From the NCBI GenBank assembly GCA_965140585.1, contig OZ223270.1, forward strand, positions 1 through 64,000: a DNA stretch of 64,000 nt, given 5' to 3'. Positions 43,801 to 52,251 of the stretch are shown piece by piece; the stretch's first letter is position 1, and each line of letters opens with the position of its first letter. The position numbers were made by a program, and so were the translations under genes. This DNA comes from Spirochaetia bacterium. Lineage in GTDB: Bacteria; Spirochaetota; Spirochaetia; UBA9216. The notes below the pieces were generated by a model. That model worked only from the letters and a program-made list of their open reading frames with translations, was not told the origin of the DNA and made no database searches.

Positions 43801-46800
43801 AGTATCAGCAGTAAGAATCGTGACACTTGCAAGTTCAATTTCGTTTGTATCGCCAATTCCTGTTGATGCGTTAAGATCTACAGTATTAGCATTTATATCG
43901 ATATCTGTATCGGCCGCTGCAGAGTCATAGATCTCTCCGGCAGCAGCTGTAAGGGTTACAGTTGATGTACCGGCGCTTATTGTCGGAATTACTGAATTTC
44001 CTATGAGGATGCTTCCGGTTGTTGAAACAAGGGTTTCAGCTCTGTTTACATTATACAGCTTATTGATTGTCAGCCCGTTACTCTCGGTTATCTGAACTGT
44101 ACCAGATGTATTATTATCCAGATCTACAGTAGAAACTGTCGTTTCGAGTACATTTGCATCTCCGACACCCGTATCTGCATCGATAATGAGATTGCCGCAG
44201 ATTATATCCGCAGTTCCATCATCATCTGTAATTCCCCCGGCAGCAGATTCAAGACTGATGTCACCGCTTGTAGTAAGAGAACCGCCGACAAAGGCAATAT
44301 CCCCGGCTGTAGCGGCTCTCAGTTCAAGATTATCGTTTCCAAGGTTCCAGGCATTATTTACAATTATTCCGGCATTACGGTTATAGACAATTATTGTTTG
44401 AACAGAGGCTCCGGCTGTAGAGGAGGATATCTGCGAACTGCTTAGAGCACCGTTTGTTTCGGCGATATTTATATTTCCTGATGGTGCGGCCGCAGTAGTT
44501 GTAAGATCAAGGCTTCCGCCGCCGAGATCAATTTCAATCTCCTCTCCGGCTGCCGAAGTTCCTATTGCATCCTGCGCTGTCAGTGATATTGAACCAGCGG
44601 TAATATCCGAGGCGGCATCTGTTGCGGCTGCCTCAAGGATACTTCCGGAGGCTGCAGTCAAAGCAACAGTGCCTGAAGCGCTTACTGCAGCAACATTGAC
44701 GGTCCCCGCTGTTGATACAATATTTACATCGCCGGAAGCCGCTGTAATGGAAGTGAGTGTTACATTGTTTGCCTCTACTATGCTTATATCTCCAGCGGCT
44801 GCAGTAGAAGCAGTTATACTTCCCACATTTGTGTTTAATGAATTCAGGGTCCCTATGTCTGTCCCTGCAGTCAAAGTAAGTACGGTCGTACTATTTACAG
44901 CTCCTACCCTTGCTGTATTATCAGCTTCCTCAATAGCATCTCCGGCAGCTGTAAGATTGATTGCCCCATTTCCTGTTGACTCTACGACATCCACAGTCAG
45001 ACCATTTGCACCGGCACTCATATCAATCTGACCGGCAGCTGTCTGCACAAGGGATACTGAATCCATAGTAACTACATCGGTTCCGGTTATATCTATAGTT
45101 CCGGCCAATCCTGTCGTAATGTTTCCATATATCAGCAAGACATTCGCTCCGGTAGTATCTATTGTAATGTCACCGCTTGTACTGCTCATAACAACACCAT
45201 TAGAAAGTGTAAATGCTGATGATGAGTTGATGTCTATATTACCCGAACCATTTGCTGTTACGGTATTGCTTAGCGTAATTGGATTTGTTCCGGTGCTCGT
45301 CAGCGTTATTGCTCCATTCGCTCCGGTCGTCGCAATGCTGTTGCCGGTTGTTATTGCTCCGGCAGTCTGTATAGTTACATCACCGCCGCTGCTTGTTACT
45401 CCGCTTCCGGCTCCCAGAATAATTGCAGTGAATTCATTGATGCTTAGAATGCCTCCGGCAGAAGCAACCAGGGTTCCAACATTGGTATTAAGGGCACTGC
45501 CTGCCCCGATATCTGTTCCGGCACTTAATGTAAGAACGGTTGTGCTCCCTGCGGCTCCTATAAGTGCCGTATTATCAGCTTCTTCTATAGCGCTGCCGAC
45601 AGCTGTGAGGTTGATAGCGGCAGAGCCTCCGGTGGCTTCTATTACATCGACAGTCAATCCGGTTGCTCCTGCGCTTACATCTATCTGCCCGTTCACAGTC
45701 TGGATAAGCGATGTTGTATCCATTAATACCGCATCAACAGAAGTGAGATTGATCGTACCAGCACCGGCTGTCGTAATACTTCCGTTTACGGTCAGAACTC
45801 CTCCGTTTAATGTATCCACAGTAATATTTCCGGTACCGCTGCCAAGGACTATGCCATTATTAAGGGTAAAATCATCTCCGGAATTGATGTCCACAATACC
45901 GGACCCGCCGGCACTCACAGCATGTCCCAGAGTAATCGTGTCGCCATTCCCAGTTGTTGTGAGTGTAAGGTTCTGATCGGCGCCGCTTGATACGGTATTA
46001 CCGGTTGTTATAGAACCGTCAGCTTCAATACTTAAAGCACCTGCTCCGCTTGAAATACCGCCGGTCGCATTACCAAGCTGTATCGCACTCACTTCATCCA
46101 CCGTAAAGCTTCCAGTGACTGTGCCTCTGATAACCGACACTGAGGTATCAAGCGCAAAGGATGCCGGGGCATTAACCCATAATATGTTTGCAGCTATGTC
46201 TGCTGCCGCATCTCCGGATGCATCCGTAATACCGCCGGTCGCCGTTACCTCAACGTCTCCGGCTCCGGCATCAATCAGACCGACCGGAAACACCCCGAGA
46301 GAATCAAGGTATATATCTCCGTTTGCAGAAGTTGAATCGGCATTCAGGGCCGTTGATATATCAAGCTCGATACTGGAGGCTGCGGTTCCGATATCTCCGT
46401 TTGAGCTCAGACTTATGGTATTTCCGCTCACATCGGCCACAGCATCATTAGCATTTACGGTGATCGCTCCGCCGCCTGTCAGCGTTACATTACCGTTTGC
46501 TGCGGTAATATCTAAAATCAGAACATCGTTGTTTTCAATGATATCAATATCACCCGCAGCGCTGAGTGACAGATCGAGTGAAACAACATCTGTCTCAACC
46601 GCACCGTTTGCACCGCTGTTGCCTATTCCGTCTAAAGCACTAATCTGCAATTCTCCGCCTGCAGCAATATCACTTCCGCCGGTGTCACCGCCGTCTATAA
46701 CTTCACCGCCTACTGTAATATCAACTGCCGGAGCTCCGGCACTGGTTGTAACAAGTCTTCCAAGAGTAAGATCGGTTCCGGAACTTACAGAAATTGTTCC

Positions 46801-49800
46801 GCTGCCGGCATCAACTACAGCTCCGTCATTTATGATCATCGCCCCGGTTCCGGCGGTAAGGCTGACTGCGCCGGCTCCTGAACCCGTGATATCTCCGCTG
46901 ATAGTTAATGCAGTTCCTGCATTAAGAGTAAGAGTTCCTGTGTAGGCAGAAGCCCCCGCACCAACAGTGAATGCGGCGGGTTCGCTAATATCTACATTTG
47001 CCGAATTAGTGAAAGTAACTGTATTAAAAGCATTACTGCCGTTTGTAAGAGTAATATCATTTCCAGCGCCTGCTTCAAATGCAGCAGCTCCGCTTATGCT
47101 CAGGGCTGCTCCCTGGGTTATATCTCCTCCGACAGTACAAGCAAGCCCGCCTGCTGTAGTTATAGCCGGAAGGGCAATACCGGCTCCTGTACCGGTGATT
47201 ATAAGGTCATTAATATTTGAGGACAGTACTCCGCCGAGGGTTACACTGCCGGTACCGGCATCAATTGTAAAATCACGATTTGCCCCTGAGCCGGCAACAA
47301 CTCCGGAAATCTGAATATTTCCACCGGCAGCTCCTGTATCGATACCGCTGGCTCCGGTGAGACTTATACCCGCAACCGAAACATCGTCAGCGGTAGTTAT
47401 AATATCACCATTGAGCGTCAATGGCGCGCCTGTTGACATTCCGCCGTTAAAATTGCATGTACCGGAAAGTCTTACACTTGTTGTATTCTGAAAATTAACA
47501 GCTCCGGTTATCGTGCAGCCGCTGTCCATTCTGACTGAGTATGCAGAAGCTCCAACATTGAGGGTACCAACCGTCAGAGCTTCGCGAAACCGGATTGTCC
47601 CGGTTGAAGAGGTTATATCTATCTGGTTAGAACCGGCTGTGACTGTGACACCTGCACCGAAATCAACACCGGTGGAATTTGTAATTATCAGGTTATCAGC
47701 TGTAGTAAGACTTGTTCCAACTGTAAATGCGGCAACTGCATCAAATTCGAGATCAAAGTAATCGGTGACACCGTATTCCTGAACTGCGCCTCCGCCTGTA
47801 TACCTGACCGTACCGCTGTCTGTATCTGTAGCAGAAACATTTGTACCGCCTGCTCTGCGCAGAATTGCTGTGCCCTGTAGATCAATAGAGCTGATACTGA
47901 GATCATTTGTCCCGGTCCGGAGTTCGGCGCCTGCGGAAACTATTACATCCTCACCTGAAGAATCAACAGAAAGCACCGGATAGCCGGATGCTATTACAAC
48001 ATCATCAGCCGCTGCCGGAACATAGCCCTCAACCCAGTTTCCGGCTACGGACCAGTCGCCGCCGGAAGAACCGCCCCAGTTGCATTCACGGTAAAACGTA
48101 ACTGATGAAGCATCAGTTACTGCTGTAACCTGTGTTCCTGCATTACCCGCAGTATCGCTGAAATCTATAGTGAATGCAACGGCCGCTTCTGCAATTGTTC
48201 TGTCTGCCGGCAGAAGCTGGTAAACAGCTTGATAATCATCGCCGCCCAGTGACGATTCAGTTGCCGCCCTCGACAGACTTGTTAGGGTCACAACAGGCAG
48301 GGCGGACAGTGTTTCAGACGATGTGAATGTAAGAGTAATTGCATCCTGAATCTTGGCGGTTGCAGTATCAGCATTATCGGATTGAATATGTACGGGAGCA
48401 AGCGTCGGCAGAACCTGATCAACAGTAAGTGTGACTGCACTCGTGCTTCCGGTTGTTGAGTTTCCGGCAATATCGGTAATTACAGCCCTGAGCTGTACCG
48501 TGTCGCCTTCACCAAAGTTTGTCAGAGCTTCAAACTGTGCGGCCGTTGCAGTGTGATCCTTATTTGTACTTATATCGCCGCCGCCTATAGCTATAGCCCC
48601 TGCGAGGTTCTCCCATGCACCGCCTGTCGCAAACCCCTGCAGCTGCACTGTTCCGCCGCTGAGACTTGCATCATTTGCTATGGGGATGGTTACGGTTAGT
48701 CCCGTATTTGTTGAGTTCCAGTAGTTTGCAGTAACTGTTCCGCCGGTAGCGGTTACAGCTCCGGCAGTGAATGCTGTCGGAATAATTTGATCTACAGTAA
48801 GCGTTGTTACACTTGCGCTGCCGGTTGTTGAGTTTCCGGCGACATCGGTAATAACCGCCCGGAGCTGGACTGTGTCGCCTTCACCGAAACCGGTTAAAGC
48901 CTCCAGCTGTGCAGCCGTTGCAGTGTGGTCCTTGTTTGTATTGATATCGCCGCCGCCTATGGCAATGGCTCCGGCAAGGTTCTCCCAGGCTCCGCCTGTC
49001 GCAAACCCCTGCAGCTGTACTGTTCCACCGCTGAGGCTTGCATCATTTGCTATCGGGATGGTTACGGTTAGTCCCGTATTTGTAGAGTTCCAGTAGTTTG
49101 CGGTAACTGTTCCGCCGGTTGCAGTCACTGCTCCGGCTGTAAACGCTCCGGGGGCTGCAACATCAAGCTCGCTTGTATCAGTTGCATCCAGACCGGTATT
49201 TCCTGCCGGATCTGTTAAAGCTACGGTAAGAGTTACAGTACCGTCATTTAGGGCGCTTAAATCATCATTTATTGTATCGGTTGCTGTTGCTATTGTTCCG
49301 CTGCCGGTGACAGGCCCACCTCCGCCGCTGCTTGTATATGTGTAGCTGTAATCTGCTCCTACTTCAGCTCCTGTGAAGTCAAAGTCCAGGCTTGCAACTT
49401 CTGAGGCATTGATATATCCGTCAACATCAGCAATAGCAACCGTATATCCGGCGGGTGCGGTTTGATCGACAGTAAGCATTGTTGCACTCGCGCTGCCGGT
49501 TGTTGAGTTTCCGGCGACATCGGTAATAACCGCCCGGAGCTGGACTGTGTCGCCTTCACCGAAACCGGTTAAAGCCTCCAGCTGTGCAGCCGTTGCAGTG
49601 TGGTCCTTGTTTGTATTGATATCGCCGCCGCCTATGGCAATGGCTCCGGCAAGGTTCTCCCAGGCTCCGCCTGTCGCAAACCCCTGCAGCTGTACTGTTC
49701 CACCGCTGAGGCTTGCATCATTTGCTATCGGGATGGTTACGGTTAGTCCCGTATTTGTAGAGTTCCAGTAGTTTGCGGTAACTGTTCCGCCGGTTGCAGT

Positions 49801-50919
49801 CACTGCTCCGGCTGTAAACGCTCCGGGGGCTGCAACATCAAGCTCGCTTGTATCAGTTGCATCCAGACCGGTATTTCCTGCCGGATCTGTTAAAGCTACG
49901 GTAAGAGTTACAGTACCGTCATTTAGGGCGCTTAAATCATCATTTATTGTATCGGTTGCTGTTGCTATTGTTCCGCTGCCGGTGACAGGCCCACCTCCGC
50001 CGCTGCTTGTATATGTGTAGCTGTAATCTGCTCCTACTTCAGCTCCTGTGAAATCAAAGTCTACGCTTGCAACTTCTGAGGCATTGATATATCCGTCAAC
50101 ATCAGCAATCGCAACCGTATATCCGGCGGGTGCAGTTGTATCAACATCAGCATTGCTTGTGTCTGCGACTGTAGTAGTATTTCCTGCATCATCGGTTGCA
50201 GTAATACTTACGTTTAAATTGGAGGTATCGATCCCGTCCAGAAGAGCATAACTAGCAGTCCATGTTTCAGCTGTATTTGCCATGGCAACCGCAGCCCCGC
50301 CTCCGAACTCTGTAAAATCGGCAGCCGCAGAGCTGATGTCCCCGTTATTATCGCCTCCGGCGGTATTGTTCCAGGTTACGGTGACAGTATCGCCTGATAT
50401 AAAAACACTGCCTGTGCCGGTAGCTCCGCTTATGCTTAGATTACCGTCGGTCACTGTGGGAGACTGATTATCACAGGAGAGATTTGTACCGTTATCAACC
50501 GGTCCGGTTGTACCATCACCATTGGTAACAGTAACTGTTATCCTCACCGTTGAACTGTCTATAATACCTGCGACTATTGTATACGAAGCTGTCCATATGC
50601 CATCACCCGAAGCTGCGTCATCACCGCTACCGTCATCAACAGCAGCAGCTGCAGCTGCCCCCCCGAACTGGGAAAAATCTACGCTTACCGCGGTTATATT
50701 ATTTGTGGCCGGCGGAGCATAGTTTAGAGGACTATTTGTACTATCCCATTCTACAACAATGGTATCTCCGGTTATAAAGACGCTTCCTGTGCCGGTAGCT
50801 CCCGAGATAGTCATATCGGTTGTCTGCACATTAGGCACTGCAAACAGAAAAACTATTGAGCAAATGTTAAATACAGAGGTTAATAGCAGTAATTTAATTC
50901 TCTTTCGGTTGAACAGCAT
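37900..50919 (-). CDS. Giant acidic surface protein/adhesin: signal peptide, Ig-like repeats, long beta-helix-like region, C-terminal FlgD-Ig domain
   Basis: Single ~4340-aa ORF rich in T/A/G/D/S; D.AGN Ig-like repeats; WGG...DWSVAGNW...VP...DDVVI; ends ...FSWDGTNRAGNIVARGIYFIRI...RKVMIVK. Start moved to MLFNRKR. Confidence 0.88.
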   Translation of the reverse strand: MLFNRKRIKLLLLTSVFNICSIVFLFAVPNVQTTDMTISGATGTGSVFITGDTIVVEWDSTNSPLNYAPPATNNITAVSVDFSQFGGAAAAAAVDDGSGDDAASGDGIWTASYTIVAGIIDSSTVRITVTVTNGDGTTGPVDNGTNLSCDNQSPTVTDGNLSISGATGTGSVFISGDTVTVTWNNTAGGDNNGDISSAAADFTEFGGGAAVAMANTAETWTASYALLDGIDTSNLNVSITATDDAGNTTTVADTSNADVDTTAPAGYTVAIADVDGYINASEVASVDFDFTGAEVGADYSYTYTSSGGGGPVTGSGTIATATDTINDDLSALNDGTVTLTVALTDPAGNTGLDATDTSELDVAAPGAFTAGAVTATGGTVTANYWNSTNTGLTVTIPIANDASLSGGTVQLQGFATGGAWENLAGAIAIGGGDINTNKDHTATAAQLEALTGFGEGDTVQLRAVITDVAGNSTTGSASATMLTVDQTAPAGYTVAIADVDGYINASEVASLDFDFTGAEVGADYSYTYTSSGGGGPVTGSGTIATATDTINDDLSALNDGTVTLTVALTDPAGNTGLDATDTSELDVAAPGAFTAGAVTATGGTVTANYWNSTNTGLTVTIPIANDASLSGGTVQLQGFATGGAWENLAGAIAIGGGDINTNKDHTATAAQLEALTGFGEGDTVQLRAVITDVAGNSTTGSASVTTLTVDQIIPTAFTAGAVTATGGTVTANYWNSTNTGLTVTIPIANDASLSGGTVQLQGFATGGAWENLAGAIAIGGGDISTNKDHTATAAQFEALTNFGEGDTVQLRAVITDIAGNSTTGSTSAVTLTVDQVLPTLAPVHIQSDNADTATAKIQDAITLTFTSSETLSALPVVTLTSLSRAATESSLGGDDYQAVYQLLPADRTIAEAAVAFTIDFSDTAGNAGTQVTAVTDASSVTFYRECNWGGSSGGDWSVAGNWVEGYVPAAADDVVIASGYPVLSVDSSGEDVIVSAGAELRTGTNDLSISSIDLQGTAILRRAGGTNVSATDTDSGTVRYTGGGAVQEYGVTDYFDLEFDAVAAFTVGTSLTTADNLIITNSTGVDFGAGVTVTAGSNQIDITSSTGTIRFREALTVGTLNVGASAYSVRMDSGCTITGAVNFQNTTSVRLSGTCNFNGGMSTGAPLTLNGDIITTADDVSVAGISLTGASGIDTGAAGGNIQISGVVAGSGANRDFTIDAGTGSVTLGGVLSSNINDLIITGTGAGIALPAITTAGGLACTVGGDITQGAALSISGAAAFEAGAGNDITLTNGSNAFNTVTFTNSANVDISEPAAFTVGAGASAYTGTLTLNAGTALTISGDITGSGAGAVSLTAGTGAMIINDGAVVDAGSGTISVSSGTDLTLGRLVTTSAGAPAVDITVGGEVIDGGDTGGSDIAAGGELQISALDGIGNSGANGAVETDVVSLDLSLSAAGDIDIIENNDVLILDITAANGNVTLTGGGAITVNANDAVADVSGNTISLSSNGDIGTAASSIELDISTALNADSTSANGDIYLDSLGVFPVGLIDAGAGDVEVTATGGITDASGDAAADIAANILWVNAPASFALDTSVSVIRGTVTGSFTVDEVSAIQLGNATGGISSGAGALSIEADGSITTGNTVSSGADQNLTLTTTGNGDTITLGHAVSAGGSGIVDINSGDDFTLNNGIVLGSGTGNITVDTLNGGVLTVNGSITTAGAGTINLTSVDAVLMDTTSLIQTVNGQIDVSAGATGLTVDVIEATGGSAAINLTAVGSAIEEADNTALIGAAGSTTVLTLSAGTDIGAGSALNTNVGTLVASAGGILSINEFTAIILGAGSGVTSSGGDVTIQTAGAITTGNSIATTGANGAITLTSTGTNPITLSNTVTANGSGNIDINSSSAFTLSNGVVMSSTSGDITIDTTGANVLLIYGNITTGLAGTIDITGTDVVTMDSVSLVQTAAGQIDMSAGANGLTVDVVESTGNGAINLTAAGDAIEEADNTARVGAVNSTTVLTLTAGTDIGTLNSLNTNVGSITASTAAAGDISIVEANNVTLTSITAASGDVNIVSTAGTVNVAAVSASGTVALTAASGSILEAAATDAASDITAGSISLTAQDAIGTSAAGEEIEIDLGGGSLDLTTTAAAPSGNINIAETNGALSSSQISSSTAGASVQTIIVYNRNAGIIVNNAWNLGNDNLELRAATAGDIAFVGGSLTTSGDISLESAAGGITDDDGTADIICGNLIIDADTGVGDANVLETTVSTVDLDNNTSGTVQITESNGLTINKLYNVNRAETLVSTTGSILIGNSVIPTISAGTSTVTLTAAAGEIYDSAAADTDIDINANTVDLNASTGIGDTNEIELASVTILTADTASGNIDIDHTADAGLSVTTMTTGGASTIDFDQTGNQSLTLVTVTASNGDITVTNTGGTGADTGLGSITADTADDTVSISASGAIDDSTASDTTADVTAAVIILTADDSGIGQAANGAVDVRAAVGLSADSSADGSDIALYDPVGPTPVVLLTTGGTGDIVLTSLNAVTDPGGNAENDISASDLNITAQGGINLDTAVSTMTLNAQAAGSVTIRETDAVTFTSVTASNGPVTLSTVNAGNIVLTNIVSSNDTDVNDISVTAANGDIEVDTIDAQGSNADISLTTANGAVTNTDSTSNVTGDVLTISTANGTGVSFGQAISTTVNTLNVGNSAGGDIAIDESGAVTVTGLSTVAGGNIRLDADGTITLNGAGASAAGAGGIILTGIGAGNNLDINAAINGGTGGITLTGGTSIDTNSNVTTSNNTIQFASNTYITDDATVTVSTGAGVGGTITFSGTLDGEGSDFTDNLTLIAGTGNIDFNAAVGSSVDMGNVLISSALDVTADAAFSANTLTQTAGTGDTQFDGAITLQALGGMDITTSTVTINSTINTLAAGNGGTVTITNAGLLDIAAGANMSLDGAFLQDGAGDVETAGNITTTNDSIYFTRNVTITDNGTVSLDTDAGAGTITFNGTLNGDDANFDDDLSLTAGTGNIDFNGIVGGANDLGDVSINSAADVTADLAFSANTLTQTAGTGDTQFDGAVVLQAAGGMDLTTNTVTINSTIDTSTAGNGGAVTITNAGLLDIAPGADISLDGAFTQDGAGAVQTAGNVTTTQDDIYFTSAVTVTDDESIVFDTDINDTGSIQGDLTFNSTVVSSSADTGILSLDSGIGTLTLNGVVGSGLIPFRYVLIRGAGNCTSTAATIDISAQDLYIDAGGYTLVLQKHLSADNLIFYDGTLNLNARTLTTNGDLAVFGGTYSAIDSARAATHAGNIYFAYPNTGALAYYPSAGTYNAGTAVFSTAPGAAFANLNGSTINAGGNFYVNGAGLPGTAAWNLIVNDNSTVTGLDTAPGDNITDWPYGTNYAVVFRSAVDYCNASNWLGVDPQNGNTDGGNNVANVDSTFPEIVNYETVFDNVIRVTFTEAIENDSDEISAAVSNVYVDGNSGLTFSASYIDADDAAPFNFTTTDGAGDLTTFYLQIDRTTATWNTDATGTSDGNTGSSDREGNHQAISASLSMLKGSLFDAEGHNHIRNYGLNTEDIADGSTNETFADECRPNLVAVVGGRVNHQAAASDEIYDGHNFLHLRYSEPVDIGDDVNYAIGAGAPPANDRADETFATGEHGGHIVQNGAVVDVVGYFSYTGTFLSGSRDGNPAITSMYRSGTENPSGDFGITLYVAGWRTDDTALWPGYLGDPAETLLSHSVNTDVTAGGVSIKALANSFIKDADGNTIEPSTEPYRGTDAIADPVITTAVSDILVSGTTSLPNISMPADHITGWDVEPPIFSVYDDTVIPNTYEIISIANVTTGKIERLEFFIRDNETSQGGFSQAIDAGIVHPEAGANLGVRDATCAIDAANSIDPYTAFFIADVNDTSLTAGYNTGITTTVQDSSIFLGPITVADDSYFALTLNDLHTWNTRTALQIKYDASIGYITDLAGNLIPTTSISLSGVERIPPYIELALGAVGDTKIYIRFSEPVFGAGYVNVAETDFSFSGTTNSLNGITAISYLSGGLLEAWFNLDSGLTADEILEAKIIPQATQIYDKLGNAMEVTSIHRFSDIGIGVMNPIWAADSLHNNSLYGTDTSLRIFDGTGYLTDSNITLEASILAADRFKGLSASLYYDVDPSESVLNDGFWLPSYNNALVPAANTSARGLNPYSSSEGTRKFMIPSDDSEIETGNEVQFLLKVGDLFCANLLDKDDPRTIVPWSFSIKDIKKQAAGVTILNNVINPVEGDEKTVLTYDLPNAGMVTINVFNMAGDLVKVIHRGAQGAGTYNFSWDGTNRAGNIVARGIYFIRIVAPGIDEYRKVMIVK
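48815..50133. repeat. Near-identical tandem duplication with 675-bp period inside the giant gene
   Basis: 48815-49458 matches 49490-50133 with only a few substitutions; identical antisense ORFs at 48872 and 49547. Confidence 0.95.
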
Positions 50920-51006
50920 ATCTTTAAAAATATACCACATTAAGATTTATGTGACATTACTTTTTATATATCGAAGATTTTCAGCTGTAACGTTAAATCT
51001 TTCACT

Positions 51007-51981
51007 TCAGCCGGATGAAGAGTTTTTTACATTATTTTTGAGCTGAATTCTGATAAACCTTAAAGTCTGTTCGAGTATCTGTGTTGTACGGATATCACGT
51101 AATTTTACCTCAAAACAGTGTCCGCCGTTTTTATGTTCAAGCAGTCTGCAGTGTACGCCCAGTTCTTTAAGTTTCTGAATAAGTGTGTGAGATGAACGGA
51201 ATGGAACGGTTTCATCCTTCATCCCGTGAACCGCCAGTACCGGAACCATCTCCGACGTTAACCAGGTGACCGGTGAATACCTGATATATGCTTCTTCATC
51301 AAAGGAAGGAAGGGCTTTCAGCGTGCTCCCGGCTGCAAAACGGACAAACAGAGACTTATCATCGGGCGCATAGAGATCTCTGAGATCCGACGGCGCATAG
51401 TAGGCTATAACAGACAGAATTCCCCGCATAGCCTGATGGTTTTTCTGCGACGTATTATAGGCGGCATAACTCAGCGCCAGGTGCCCTCCGGCAGACAATC
51501 CTATAAGGATGATATTGCCTGAAGCTTCATCTCCTGCAAATTTATGCCTGATGAAGGATACGGCATCAGAATAATCCTCAAGGATATCAGACATTCTGTA
51601 TTTGAATCCAAGCCTGTAATCTATTGATGCCACGGTGAATCCTCGGGAGGATAAAAACCTGCACCAGGAGACATTATTCGGCTGATTTCTGAAACCGCTT
51701 ATCCAGCCTCCGCCGTGAGCAAAAATTACAAGTGCCGGTATTCGGTTTTTTTCAGGAGGAGACCAGAGATCAAGCTTAAGCTCCACATCTTCAGCCCTTT
51801 TATAGATAATTGTTTCGGGATGATTTTCACCTCCGGGATCAATGGGAAGTCTGGCTCGTAAAATATTGAGGATGTAGATGATAAAAACAATAATTATACC
51901 CGCAACGGCAGCACTGAAGTTAACTATTGCGAGGATTACAAGAGCCGGAAAGATCAACTTTTTCCTGTTCATTTCATTCAT
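51007..51981 (-). CDS. Membrane-anchored alpha/beta hydrolase (esterase)
   Basis: HGGGW, IDYRL, GLSAGG, HGMKDETVP, GGHCF; N-terminal TM helix. Confidence 0.88.
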   Translation of the reverse strand: MNEMNRKKLIFPALVILAIVNFSAAVAGIIIVFIIYILNILRARLPIDPGGENHPETIIYKRAEDVELKLDLWSPPEKNRIPALVIFAHGGGWISGFRNQPNNVSWCRFLSSRGFTVASIDYRLGFKYRMSDILEDYSDAVSFIRHKFAGDEASGNIILIGLSAGGHLALSYAAYNTSQKNHQAMRGILSVIAYYAPSDLRDLYAPDDKSLFVRFAAGSTLKALPSFDEEAYIRYSPVTWLTSEMVPVLAVHGMKDETVPFRSSHTLIQKLKELGVHCRLLEHKNGGHCFEVKLRDIRTTQILEQTLRFIRIQLKNNVKNSSSG

Positions 51982-52031
51982 TATATTGATTTAAGAGAAT
52001 AATAAACAGAGCTGATGAACGCTGATGAATT

Positions 52032-52250
52032 TCAGCCCCCGTCGAGAAGAGTAAATATACTGAGCTTATCGTTAGCAGACAGCACTGTATCATCAGGGAC
52101 ATTTGTTCCGTTTACAACAAAAAGATAATCCTCTGTTGAAGTTTCACCGAGTGTTTTCAGTAGCGAGCGGATATCAGTGCCCTCATCAATCTGACAGGCC
52201 CCTGATTTGATTTTTTTGTTCATCGGCGCATGGATATTTACGGTAATCAT
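52032..52250 (-). CDS. MoaD/ThiS family ubiquitin-like sulfur carrier
   Basis: 72 aa, VNG motif, C-terminal LDGG. Confidence 0.85.
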   Translation of the reverse strand: MITVNIHAPMNKKIKSGACQIDEGTDIRSLLKTLGETSTEDYLFVVNGTNVPDDTVLSANDKLSIFTLLDGG

Positions 52251-52251
52251 C

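Noticed and set aside
48815-50133. Repeat as a CRISPR array, DGR template/variable pair or mobile element
   Set aside because: It is an in-frame coding duplication with no spacers, no adenine-specific variation and no reverse transcriptase or cas genes in the window.
41192-50777. Many long plus-strand ORFs opposite the giant gene
   Set aside because: Antisense shadows caused by its biased codon content; no RBS or family motifs.
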